Counted from the stretch's first letter, positions 19,451-27,498 are shown. The stretch: DNA of 28,672 nucleotides from Candidatus Flemingiibacterium sp. (GCA_045586285.1 JAZNAB010000164.1:1-28672), one strand, 5' to 3'. The notes: a model not told the origin generated them from the letters alone. Made by a program: numbers and translations.

Positions 19451-19644
19451 GCCGATGTGTAGGTGGAACTAACCCTGCGAATTGCGGGTGAAATGGGTAA
19501 CCAAGCGCCATATCGCCGAACAAAGCAACGTTCCATAGGGACGCTATTTTGTTTTTCTAAACTTCTACATTTAAACAAGAGCAGACCGCTCTACATTGTA
19601 TTGTTGAATACAATATTGGCATAATATACTTTTCAAAGGAAAAG

Positions 19645-19681
19645 CAAGAAAAAGGGTTATCGCATTTCCGCCATAACCCTT
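19645..19681 (-). terminator. Terminator of the minus-strand ABC operon
   Basis: Stem AAGGGTTAT/ATAACCCTT, inner GAAA loop, followed by TTTCTTGCTTTT on the minus strand. Confidence 0.65.
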
Positions 19682-19852
19682 CTAATCAATAAAACGAGTT
19701 GTTAAAAAAGGTTATTCAATTTCAATACTAAACCGACAATCATTCCAACAACAGAAACAACAATTAAAGCAATCAAAAAAGCCTTTACTTCGTCAACATT
19801 TGCATTAAGATTGTTTTTTATATAGTAATGTACAAATTGATGACAACCTCAA

Positions 19853-20584
19853 TTACCCTTTTCTCATTTGATTTAAAAAAAGCATAATAGCAATCAAAAT
19901 AGCGGCAATTGCATAGCAGATTACCCATAAAAAATGAGGTAATATAACTTCAAAATCCCCTCTGATAATTGCCTTTTCAAGCTGAACGGCGTGATAAAAA
20001 GGCAGCATATCCGCAATTTTTTTGAAAACGCCGCCTACAAGCTCAAGATCAAACCAGATTCCTGAAAGCCAAGCTGTAAGGTTGGTAAGAAGCGCACCGC
20101 ATATTCCCCCTGCTTGTTTTTGGCTGAGAATACTTCCAAACAAAAGCCCAAGGGCAATGAAAAAAAGCGAAATCGGAATGATAAATAAGATGGCGTACAA
20201 AATATTAATCGTTATCTTCATACCCAAAATAAAACCGATTATATAACAGAACATACTTTGTGCGATTGCTATTGGAAGTATTGGCAGGGTATACCCAAGA
20301 ATAAAATCCAAAGCTTTCATTGGCGAGGCATACAGCCTCATAAGAAACGCACTTTCTCTGTCTTTTGCAATTAAGGTTGCCGAAAAAAGCGTCATAAATG
20401 AAAGCCCAAATATTGTCATACCCGGCACAAGACTATTAATTTCAAACAGGCTGACGGGGATATTTGCTTGAATAGCAGAGAGGAGCAAAATAAGCACACC
20501 CGGGAATCCAAGCCCGAAAAATAGAGTTAAAGGATCACGCAATATTTCTTTAAACGTTCTTTTGGAAAAGGCTAATATTTTCAT
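19853..20584 (-). CDS. ABC-2 type exporter permease
   Basis: KEILRDPLTLFFGLGFP, LIAKDRESAFLMRLYASP, six TM segments, LPFYHAV. Confidence 0.92.
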   Translation of the reverse strand: MKILAFSKRTFKEILRDPLTLFFGLGFPGVLILLLSAIQANIPVSLFEINSLVPGMTIFGLSFMTLFSATLIAKDRESAFLMRLYASPMKALDFILGYTLPILPIAIAQSMFCYIIGFILGMKITINILYAILFIIPISLFFIALGLLFGSILSQKQAGGICGALLTNLTAWLSGIWFDLELVGGVFKKIADMLPFYHAVQLEKAIIRGDFEVILPHFLWVICYAIAAILIAIMLFLNQMRKG

Positions 20585-20675
20585 TTTTATGATTACAGCT
20601 TTCAGGAACGAAAGCTTCCTTTCTGGGTAATTAGAGCTGATTTACTGAGCTTAGTCTTAACTATTGAAAACACAC

Positions 20676-21404
20676 TCAAATATCAGCTCCTTTTATAATT
20701 GATATAAATGCATCTTCAAATTTTTCTTTTCCGGATTGATTTTTCAGCTCATCTGCTGTTCCGAGAGCAATTAAGCTTCCGTTTTTCATAATTCCGATGC
20801 GGTCTGACAGAGCTTCGGTTTCCTCAAGGTAATGGGTGGTTAAAATAATGGTCGCTTTTCCCTTCATAGAGAGTATGGTATTCCACAGTTCACTCCGGGC
20901 AATTACATCAAGTCCAAGTGTCGGTTCGTCAAGAAACAGGATTTTCGGCTCTCCGACAAGTGCCATAGCTATACTTAGCCGTCTTTGCCAACCGCCAGAC
21001 AGCTTCCCGGCTTTTTTATTTAATATTGTTGATAAATCAAACTCTTTTACTAAATAGTTGATTTTTTCTGCTGCTTTTTTGCTGTCAAAACCGTATACAC
21101 CGCACATAAGCTCAAGGTTTTCAAGAACGGTAAGCCCAGGTGCAACGGCAGTTTCCTGAGGGGAAATGCCTATAATTCTTTTAACATCTTTTGGTTCAGT
21201 TACAATGCTTTTGTTAAGTAAAAACGCATCTCCGTCGGTAGATTTAACAAGGCACGAAAGCATTTTTATTAAAGTGGTTTTTCCTGCACCGTTTACTCCG
21301 AGTAAGGAAAACAACTCTCCGTCGGCTATTTCAAGATTCAATTTATCTACAGCCGTGATATCCTTGTATTTTTTGGTGAGATTAGTAATTCTTATGGCTG
21401 ACAT
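20676..21404 (-). CDS. ABC exporter ATP-binding protein
   Basis: GVNGAGKT, LSGGWQRR, LFLDEPT, TTHY. Confidence 0.95.
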   Translation of the reverse strand: MSAIRITNLTKKYKDITAVDKLNLEIADGELFSLLGVNGAGKTTLIKMLSCLVKSTDGDAFLLNKSIVTEPKDVKRIIGISPQETAVAPGLTVLENLELMCGVYGFDSKKAAEKINYLVKEFDLSTILNKKAGKLSGGWQRRLSIAMALVGEPKILFLDEPTLGLDVIARSELWNTILSMKGKATIILTTHYLEETEALSDRIGIMKNGSLIALGTADELKNQSGKEKFEDAFISIIKGADI

Positions 21405-21619
21405 TATTCTTTATCCTCGTCATTTTCAAAAACTTTTTTCGAAAACATATCAAACATTTTTCTTGGCGGAATGGCAAGCCCACGGTCTTCATCTCCCAAA
21501 AGTATTAAAGTGTCGCCCGGGTTGATATTAAAAACCTCACGGGCTTGTTTTGGAATAACGATTTGTCCTTTTTCTCCGACTGTTACTGACCAAGCGTACT
21601 TGCCTTTAGGAAAACTCAT
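21404..21619 (-). CDS. AbrB/MazE/SpoVT-family DNA-binding protein
   Basis: VTVGEKGQIVIPKQAREVFNINPGDTL; start trimmed to ATG 21619 after SD AAAGGAG; TAATG coupling to the ATPase. Confidence 0.92.
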   Translation of the reverse strand: MSFPKGKYAWSVTVGEKGQIVIPKQAREVFNINPGDTLILLGDEDRGLAIPPRKMFDMFSKKVFENDEDKE

Positions 21620-21635
21620 AATATTATCTCCTTTG

Positions 21636-21691
21636 GTATGAAAAGTATGATTTGTATAACTAATTATACCACGGAACATATAACTTGTCAA
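21636..21691 (-). promoter_or_regulatory. Consensus promoter of the AbrB-ABC operon with a triple direct repeat downstream of the -10
   Basis: TTGACA(21691-21686)-17-TGG TATAAT(21668-21663); plus-strand GTATGA 21636, GTATGA 21645, GTATAA 21654. Confidence 0.75.
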
Positions 21692-21709
21692 GTTTTTACG
21701 CAAATAAAT

Positions 21710-21733
21710 AACGCCGCATTATATAGCGGCGTT
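21710..21733 (-). terminator. Hairpin after ktrA, probable terminator
   Basis: 8-bp stem AACGCCGC/GCGGCGTT, followed by ATTTATTT on the minus strand. Confidence 0.55.
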
Positions 21734-21788
21734 GCTTTATATATTATATTGCTGTTATATTGCGAATAAGTTTATAAAAACACACAAA

Positions 21789-22469
21789 TTACTTTTTCTC
21801 AACCCAATCTGTCAGACGGTTCAGATTGTTTTTGCTGCCCGAAACAAATAGAATATCTCCCTCTTTAAAGGTGTAATCAGGTTGGATTGTGTCAATAAGT
21901 GTTCTGCCATTTTCAACAGCTATGATGTTAACCCCGTATTCACGTCTTAAATTAATTTCAAGTACGGTTTTTCCGATAATCTTTTTTGGGATTATAAGCT
22001 TTGAAATATTTAACTTCTCACTTAGTTGTACATAATCAAGCATTTTTGAAGTTTCAAGGCGGTGAGCTAAACGTATTGCCATATCACGCTCCGGATAAAC
22101 TACCTCAGCGCCAAGCTTTTCAAGTATTTCACCGTGTTCGACACTTGCGGATTTTGATATAACGTGAGGTATCCCGAGGCTTACGAGATTTAAGGTAGTC
22201 AAAATTGAAGTATCCATATGTTCTCCGATGCAGACAACCGCAACATCGCAGTTTTGAATACCTGTTTCCATAAGTGTTTTTTTATCAAGACCTTTTACAA
22301 CAAAGGCATTTTCGGTGTAATCTCTTATTTCACGTATTTTTTCTTCATCTCTGTCAATTACCATAAAATCAGCGCCGGACTGTGCAAGTTCCATAGCAAG
22401 TGCATATCCGAATCTGCCAAGTCCTATAATACCGTAGGTGTCCTGATGTTTTTTGCTTTTTTTACTCAT
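21789..22469 (-). CDS. ktrA: KtrA/TrkA potassium uptake NAD-binding (RCK) subunit
   Basis: GIIGLGRFG Rossmann motif, DVAVVCIG, VVYPERDMA, TrkA_C domain. Confidence 0.93.
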   Translation of the reverse strand: MSKKSKKHQDTYGIIGLGRFGYALAMELAQSGADFMVIDRDEEKIREIRDYTENAFVVKGLDKKTLMETGIQNCDVAVVCIGEHMDTSILTTLNLVSLGIPHVISKSASVEHGEILEKLGAEVVYPERDMAIRLAHRLETSKMLDYVQLSEKLNISKLIIPKKIIGKTVLEINLRREYGVNIIAVENGRTLIDTIQPDYTFKEGDILFVSGSKNNLNRLTDWVEKK

Positions 22470-22513
22470 TGTTATAACCTTTCATATAAGTGACATAAAA
22501 ATTATTATAAATA

Positions 22514-23812
22514 TCAACCTATAGCTATATTTCCTTCGGGATAGCTTACACGGTCGCCTTTGGTAAAATACCATAAGGTTGCAATTGTGAGCGGACCCAG
22601 CCTTCCGATAAACATTATCAGAATAGATAGTAACTTGCCTGCAAAGCCTAGTGATGACGTAATTCCTGTAGAAAGTCCCACAGTACCAAGTGCGCTGGTT
22701 ATTTCAAATATTGCATCTAACGGGGCAATGTCGGGCTCAAGTATTAATAATAAATAACTGCAGCAAAGTACAAGACTAAGTCCGATAAGTGTAATAATAG
22801 CCGCCTTTTTAAAAGCTTCGTGAGGCAAAGAATATTTGAAGGCTTTTTCGGATTTATTTGTAGCGGCGGATTTTATACCTTGTATTAAAACAAAAAATGT
22901 GCTTGTTTTGATACCGCCGCCGGTTGAACCGGGGGAAGCGCCGATAAACATTAAAACTATTATAACAATTAGTCCCGCACTTGAAAATTCTCCGATAGGA
23001 TATGAGGAAAATCCGGCTGTTCTTGTTGATGTGGAGATAAAAAATGCGCCAAGCCAGCTTATGTCTTCCGTAAGCTTTATGAGGAGTGTTCCCGCAACCG
23101 TAAGTGCGGCGCTGACGGAAAGCACAACCTTTGAGTGCATAGAGAGCTTTTTCCACCCAAAACGCTTGGATATAACCTCTCGTATAACCAGAAAACCTAT
23201 TCCGCCGAAGAAAATAAGAGCGCAAGTGACCAGGTTCAAAAGAACATTATTCTGATAGGGTATCATATTTTCCATATTTCCGAAAATATCAAACCCCGAA
23301 TTATTAAAAGCAGCTATAGAATGGAAAAGGCTGATTCCGATTGCTTTTGTTAGCGGATACTTCTGTACAAATACTATAAAGCTGAGAAGGGCACCTATAA
23401 ATTCAAATATCAGCGTAGTTAAAAAAACACTTTTTAGAAATTGTACTGTGCCTTTTCCCGAGTTTAAATTCATTGCTTCTTTTACAAGCAAATGGCTTTT
23501 AAGGTCAAACTTTTTGCCCATAGCAAGAATAATTCCTGCACCAACGGAAGTTACTCCAAGACCGCCTATTTGTATAAGCAAAGCAAGGAAAAACTGACCG
23601 AGAGGAGTAAATGTATCTCCTGTATCTACGGCAATAAGTCCCGTTACGCATACGGCGCTTGTTGAGGTATAAAGTGCATCAATATAATTGACAGTGACAC
23701 CCTCACGAATGCTGCAGGGCAGACTCAGAAGGATAGAGCCTATTAAAATCAAAAGTGCAAAACCGAGAGCGATAATCCGCCCGGGAGATAGTTTTTTTAA
23801 AAGTTTACTCAT
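22514..23812 (-). CDS. ktrB: KtrB/TrkH potassium uptake membrane subunit
   Basis: TSTSAVCVTGL, FNNSGF, RTAGF, GASPGSTGGGIKT, SALGTVGLSTG, MFIGRLGPLT. Confidence 0.95.
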   Translation of the reverse strand: MSKLLKKLSPGRIIALGFALLILIGSILLSLPCSIREGVTVNYIDALYTSTSAVCVTGLIAVDTGDTFTPLGQFFLALLIQIGGLGVTSVGAGIILAMGKKFDLKSHLLVKEAMNLNSGKGTVQFLKSVFLTTLIFEFIGALLSFIVFVQKYPLTKAIGISLFHSIAAFNNSGFDIFGNMENMIPYQNNVLLNLVTCALIFFGGIGFLVIREVISKRFGWKKLSMHSKVVLSVSAALTVAGTLLIKLTEDISWLGAFFISTSTRTAGFSSYPIGEFSSAGLIVIIVLMFIGASPGSTGGGIKTSTFFVLIQGIKSAATNKSEKAFKYSLPHEAFKKAAIITLIGLSLVLCCSYLLLILEPDIAPLDAIFEITSALGTVGLSTGITSSLGFAGKLLSILIMFIGRLGPLTIATLWYFTKGDRVSYPEGNIAIG

Positions 23813-23856
23813 TTTTTATCTTTCTTTTGTTTTTTTTAGATATGGTATTTCTGTTT

Positions 23857-24258
23857 TTAGATTCCCCATACTAGCCAAATGTAAACATATCCTGCCAGTA
23901 CTGCAGAGAGTGTAAAGGGAACACCGATGCGAAGAAAATCGCTGAACTTAACTGTTTTACCGCTTTTGCGAAGAATACCGATAGCGGAAATATTGGCAGA
24001 GGCTCCGAAAGTCTTGCGGGCATTTTACTGTTAATAAAGAGTGTTACAATGCCCACTGTACCGGTTATCATTAAAAGGACGTTATAATCAACAGCCAAAA
24101 TGGCGTCTGAAATTGAATAATTATAAACGCCGAAAAGTCCGAGAATTACAAAAAGCGCCGCCCCTGAAAGAGCTATAATAGGGCGATATTTTTGCAGCGA
24201 GAGCATAAGTATATACATAAGTATATATAATTATAAAAATAGATAATGCGAGTACCAT
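23857..24258 (-). pseudogene. ArsB/NhaD/SLC13-type (IT superfamily) permease pseudogene: 5' frameshift plus large internal deletion
   Basis: Three frames: MVLALSIFII from 24258; YILMLSLQKYRPIIAL...DYNVLLMITGTVGIV..SKMPARL; and FGASANISAIGILRKSGKTVKFSDFLRIGVPFTLSAVLAGYVYIWLVWGI-stop at 23857. Confidence 0.85.
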
Positions 24259-24306
24259 ATTTCAATCTTCGTGTAGAAAATTACAAAAAATATTATAGAT
24301 AAACAT

Positions 24307-24675
24307 TTATTTAAAAAGATTATTACTGCAGGAAAATTCAGTGATTTGCTCGATTGTAAGGTGGAGTTCATTTACAAGAGGAGTATCTGCGGCTTTATAG
24401 TAAACTTCTTTTCCATCTCGGCGAGAGGTTATAAGACCGCCTGATTTAAGCTTGTTAAGGTGGTGTGATACAGCGGGACAACTCATATCCATAAGTGAAG
24501 ATATGTTTATAACACATTCTTCCATATGGCAGAGCAGCCAAAAAATACGAACACGGTTTGTATCGCCAAGCTGTTTCATTATCTCAGAGATTTTTTCAAA
24601 ATCTGTTATATTATCGAGCTGAAGCTTCAAATCTTCTGCTTTCATTTCGTTTCCGTGTTTATGTGGCAAACTCAT
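24307..24675 (-). CDS. ArsR/SmtB-family metalloregulator
   Basis: LPHKHG N-terminus, LGDTNRVRIFWLLCHMEEC, AVSHHLNKLKSGGLITSRRDGKEVYY. Confidence 0.93.
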   Translation of the reverse strand: MSLPHKHGNEMKAEDLKLQLDNITDFEKISEIMKQLGDTNRVRIFWLLCHMEECVINISSLMDMSCPAVSHHLNKLKSGGLITSRRDGKEVYYKAADTPLVNELHLTIEQITEFSCSNNLFK

Positions 24676-24700
24676 AAAATCCCCCCTATCTTACACAAAT

Positions 24701-24804
24701 ATTCTACCACAATAATACTTTTTTTGCAATAGTTTTTATAAAACTATTGACAAACAAATAAGAATATAGTATAATACAATTAAACGATTAAGCAAACGCT
24801 TAAT
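24701..24804. promoter_or_regulatory. Back-to-back arsR and HMA/cadA promoters with a putative ArsR operator
   Basis: Minus TTGCAA(24729-24724)-17-TGG TAGAAT; plus TTGACA(24747)-17-TATAAT(24770); inverted repeat ATTAAGC-AAAC-GCTTAAT at 24787-24804. Confidence 0.7.
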
Positions 24805-24838
24805 TGTTGCATTGTTAGTTTTAAAAAAGGAGATTGGC

Positions 24839-25057
24839 GTGAAAAAAACCTATAATATCGAAGTTGACTGTGCAAATTGTGCACTTCTTATGGAAGAAGC
24901 CGCAAACAAACTTGATGGAGTGGTTTCTGTGGCTGTCAGCTTTATGACACTAAAAATGACAGTGGATTTCAAGGACGGTGTTGAAGAAAAAAACGTGATG
25001 AAGCAGGTTTTAAAAGCTTGTCGTAAAATTGAGCCTGACTGCGAGATTTATTTTTGA
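24839..25057 (+). CDS. Stand-alone heavy-metal-associated (HMA) domain protein
   Basis: IEVDCANCA CxxC motif; GTG start at 24839 after SD AAGGAG. Confidence 0.88.
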   Translation: MKKTYNIEVDCANCALLMEEAANKLDGVVSVAVSFMTLKMTVDFKDGVEEKNVMKQVLKACRKIEPDCEIYF

Positions 25058-25071
25058 TTTCGGAGGGTAAC

Positions 25072-26973
25072 GTGACAAAAAAGCAGAAAAAAACAGCTTT
25101 ACGAATTACAGTATCGTCGGTGCTGTTTGTATTATCATTACTTACCGGAAATATATTTGATGGAATTATAACGACGGTAATATCTTGGGTACTTTGCCTT
25201 TTTGCATATGCTTTGATAGGATATGATATTTTATATAAAGCGGTACGGGGTATATTAAATAAGCGGGTTTTTGACGAAAACTTTCTTATGGCGGCGGCTA
25301 CTTTAGGCTGTATTTGTCTTGCGATATATGATGGCAGTTTTGACTTTTCTGAAGCGGTTGCTGTTATGCTTTTCTATCAGGTTGGTGAACTTTTTCAGAG
25401 TTTAGCTGTGGGGAAAAGCAGAAAAAGTATAGGAGCGCTTATGGATATACGTCCGGATTTTGCTTATATAGAAGGTGAAACCGGCAGAGTCAGAGTGTCG
25501 CCCGAGGAGGTGCAAATCGGCAGTATAATCATAGTAAATGCAGGAGAGAAAATTGCCATTGACGGAATGGTTCTTGACGGATCTGCTACTGTTGATATGC
25601 GTTCACTTACTGGAGAAAGCTTACCAAAAGAGGTAACTGTCGGTGACAGTGTTGTAAGCGGTGCAATTAATCTTGACGGGGTTTTAAAAATCAAAACCGT
25701 CAAGACTTTTTCGGAGTCTACAGTATCAAAAATTCTGCTTCTTGTAGAAGCTTCAAGCTTAAAAAAGTCTAAATCGGAGAAATTTATCTCTAAATTTGCA
25801 AGGATATATACACCGATAGTATGTATTCTGGCGCTTTTTATCGGGCTTTTTATACCGACTGTAAGCCTTCTCTTGCGGGGAAGTGCAGATTACGGAGCTT
25901 TTGTTTACAGGGCGCTTACCTTTCTTGTAATCAGCTGCCCCTGTGCTCTTGTAATAAGTATTCCTTTAAGTTTTTTTGCCAGTATCGGCGGTGCAGGCAG
26001 AGAGGGAATACTTATAAAAGGGTCAAATTATATTGAAACACTTTCAAAGATTAAAGCTGTAGTTTTTGATAAAACCGGGACACTTACCGAGGGAGTCTTT
26101 GAGGTTAGCGGTATACACCCTATCAACATTAGCCCGGAGCAATTATTAGAATATGCTGCTTATGCGGAATATTACTCTCCTCACCCAATAAGTAAAAGTA
26201 TAGTTAAAGCTTACGGAAAACCGATTTGTGAATCGGACATCAGTGAATTCCGGGAGAAAACGGGTAAGGGAGTGTTCGCTTTATTTAACGGCGAACAAGT
26301 TTCTGCCGGTAATTCTAAGCTTATGATGGAGCTTGGTATTTCGTCAGATGTTTTGGCGGATACTGGTATAACCAGCGTACATATAGCACTTGGGGAAAAA
26401 TACGCCGGTTTTATAGAAATATCCGATAGAATAAAACCGGCGTCAAGAGCCGCAATTGATGAATTAAAGAAAAATGCTGTTGTACCGTATATGCTTACAG
26501 GCGACAATAAAAATACAGCAAAGGCGGTTGCCGCCGACCTTTTTATAGAAAAATACAAGAGTGAGCTTTTGCCTGACCAAAAGGTTAAGGAACTCGAAGA
26601 GATTATGTCAAGGCAGAGAAAAAATGAAAAGACTGCATTTGTAGGCGACGGCATAAACGATGCACCTGTTTTAATGCGTGCTGACGTTGGAATTGCTATG
26701 GGGGGACTTGGCTCCGATGCGGCAATTGAAGCTGCCGACATAGTTTTAATGGACGATAATCCAAAAAAAATAGCTGATGTAATAAGAATATCCAAAAAAT
26801 GTATAGCTATAGTATATGAGAATATAATTTTTGCTATAGGCGTAAAGATTATTTGCTTGTTTCTTGGGGCTGTCGGAGCAGTTGATATGTGGCTTGCTGT
26901 ATTTGCTGACGTTGGGGTAATGGTTATTGCTGTTTTGAACTCTATTCGGGCTATGTGGACTAAAAAAAGATAA
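25072..26973 (+). CDS. cadA: P1B-type heavy-metal ATPase, Zn/Cd/Pb (P1B-2-like)
   Basis: TGES, SCPCAL, DKTGTLT, HP, TGD, GDGINDAP, TM Lys (AIGVK) and FADVG; GTG start 25072 after GGAGG. Confidence 0.92.
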   Translation: MTKKQKKTALRITVSSVLFVLSLLTGNIFDGIITTVISWVLCLFAYALIGYDILYKAVRGILNKRVFDENFLMAAATLGCICLAIYDGSFDFSEAVAVMLFYQVGELFQSLAVGKSRKSIGALMDIRPDFAYIEGETGRVRVSPEEVQIGSIIIVNAGEKIAIDGMVLDGSATVDMRSLTGESLPKEVTVGDSVVSGAINLDGVLKIKTVKTFSESTVSKILLLVEASSLKKSKSEKFISKFARIYTPIVCILALFIGLFIPTVSLLLRGSADYGAFVYRALTFLVISCPCALVISIPLSFFASIGGAGREGILIKGSNYIETLSKIKAVVFDKTGTLTEGVFEVSGIHPINISPEQLLEYAAYAEYYSPHPISKSIVKAYGKPICESDISEFREKTGKGVFALFNGEQVSAGNSKLMMELGISSDVLADTGITSVHIALGEKYAGFIEISDRIKPASRAAIDELKKNAVVPYMLTGDNKNTAKAVAADLFIEKYKSELLPDQKVKELEEIMSRQRKNEKTAFVGDGINDAPVLMRADVGIAMGGLGSDAAIEAADIVLMDDNPKKIADVIRISKKCIAIVYENIIFAIGVKIICLFLGAVGAVDMWLAVFADVGVMVIAVLNSIRAMWTKKR

Positions 26974-27053
26974 TATATAAGCATATGTTAGCTTCTGATA
27001 ATTGCTGTATTTAATAAAATTATAAAATATTTTATGAAATTTTTAAAAACCTC

Positions 27054-27082
27054 TTGATATTTTATTTTATTTGTGGTATGAT
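27054..27082 (+). promoter_or_regulatory. Sigma-A promoter of rpsT
   Basis: TTGATA-17-TATGAT with an extended TG. Confidence 0.7.
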
Positions 27083-27089
27083 ATAGGGA

Positions 27090-27177
27090 GAAATGTAGTT
27101 TGTTAGATTCCAAGCTCGGCTGCCTCAGGCATTACGCTAACAGTCAAGGCTTGACGCAGACGATTTTGAAGGAGGTG
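27090..27177 (+). ncRNA. Candidate structured 5' leader of rpsT
   Basis: TGTTAG/CTAACA stem, internal TGCC/GGCA hairpin, GTCAA/TTGAC hairpin, and possible TCGGCTGC/GCAGACGA pairing next to the SD. Confidence 0.4.
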
Positions 27178-27183
27178 AACAGT

Positions 27184-27450
27184 TTGCCTAACATTAAATC
27201 CGCTAAAAAGCGTGTTAAGGTTATTGAAAGCAAGACCGCACAGAATAAGATGCTTAAAACAGCACTCAAAACTTCTATGAAGAAGTACGAAGCTGCACTC
27301 GCTTCCGGTGATAAGGCCGCAGCCGCTGAAACATATAAGGCAGCAGTCAAGAAGATTGACCAGGCAGTTTCTCAGGGTCTTCTTCACAAGAATAATGCTG
27401 CAAGAAAAAAGAGCAACTTTACAGTTAAGCTTAACAACCTTGGTGCATAA
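27184..27450 (+). CDS. rpsT: 30S ribosomal protein S20
   Basis: (M)PNIKSAKKRVKVIE...LHKNNAARKKS; TTG start after SD AAGGAGGTG. Confidence 0.98.
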   Translation: MPNIKSAKKRVKVIESKTAQNKMLKTALKTSMKKYEAALASGDKAAAAETYKAAVKKIDQAVSQGLLHKNNAARKKSNFTVKLNNLGA

Positions 27451-27470
27451 GTGCTTTTATATGTAATTTT

Positions 27471-27498
27471 GGTGATGAAAACCTTTCATCACCTTTTT
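27471..27498 (+). terminator. Intrinsic terminator of rpsT
   Basis: 10-bp stem GGTGATGAAA/TTTCATCACC plus TTTTT. Confidence 0.8.

Noticed and set aside
19014-19523. ORFs 19014-19472 (+) and 19242-19523 (-)
   Set aside because: They cross the nrdD terminator, tRNA promoter and tRNA gene; spurious
23871-24218. 115-aa ORF as an intact small membrane protein
   Set aside because: Chimeric frame of the permease pseudogene
26211-26984. 257-aa minus-strand ORF
   Set aside because: Antisense shadow of the P1B ATPase; no SD and no family motifs
27100-27183. N-terminal extension of S20, and similar ORF-track extensions of nrnA, rbfA, nrdD, AbrB, HMA and cadA
   Set aside because: Strong SD sequences and family N-termini point to downstream starts
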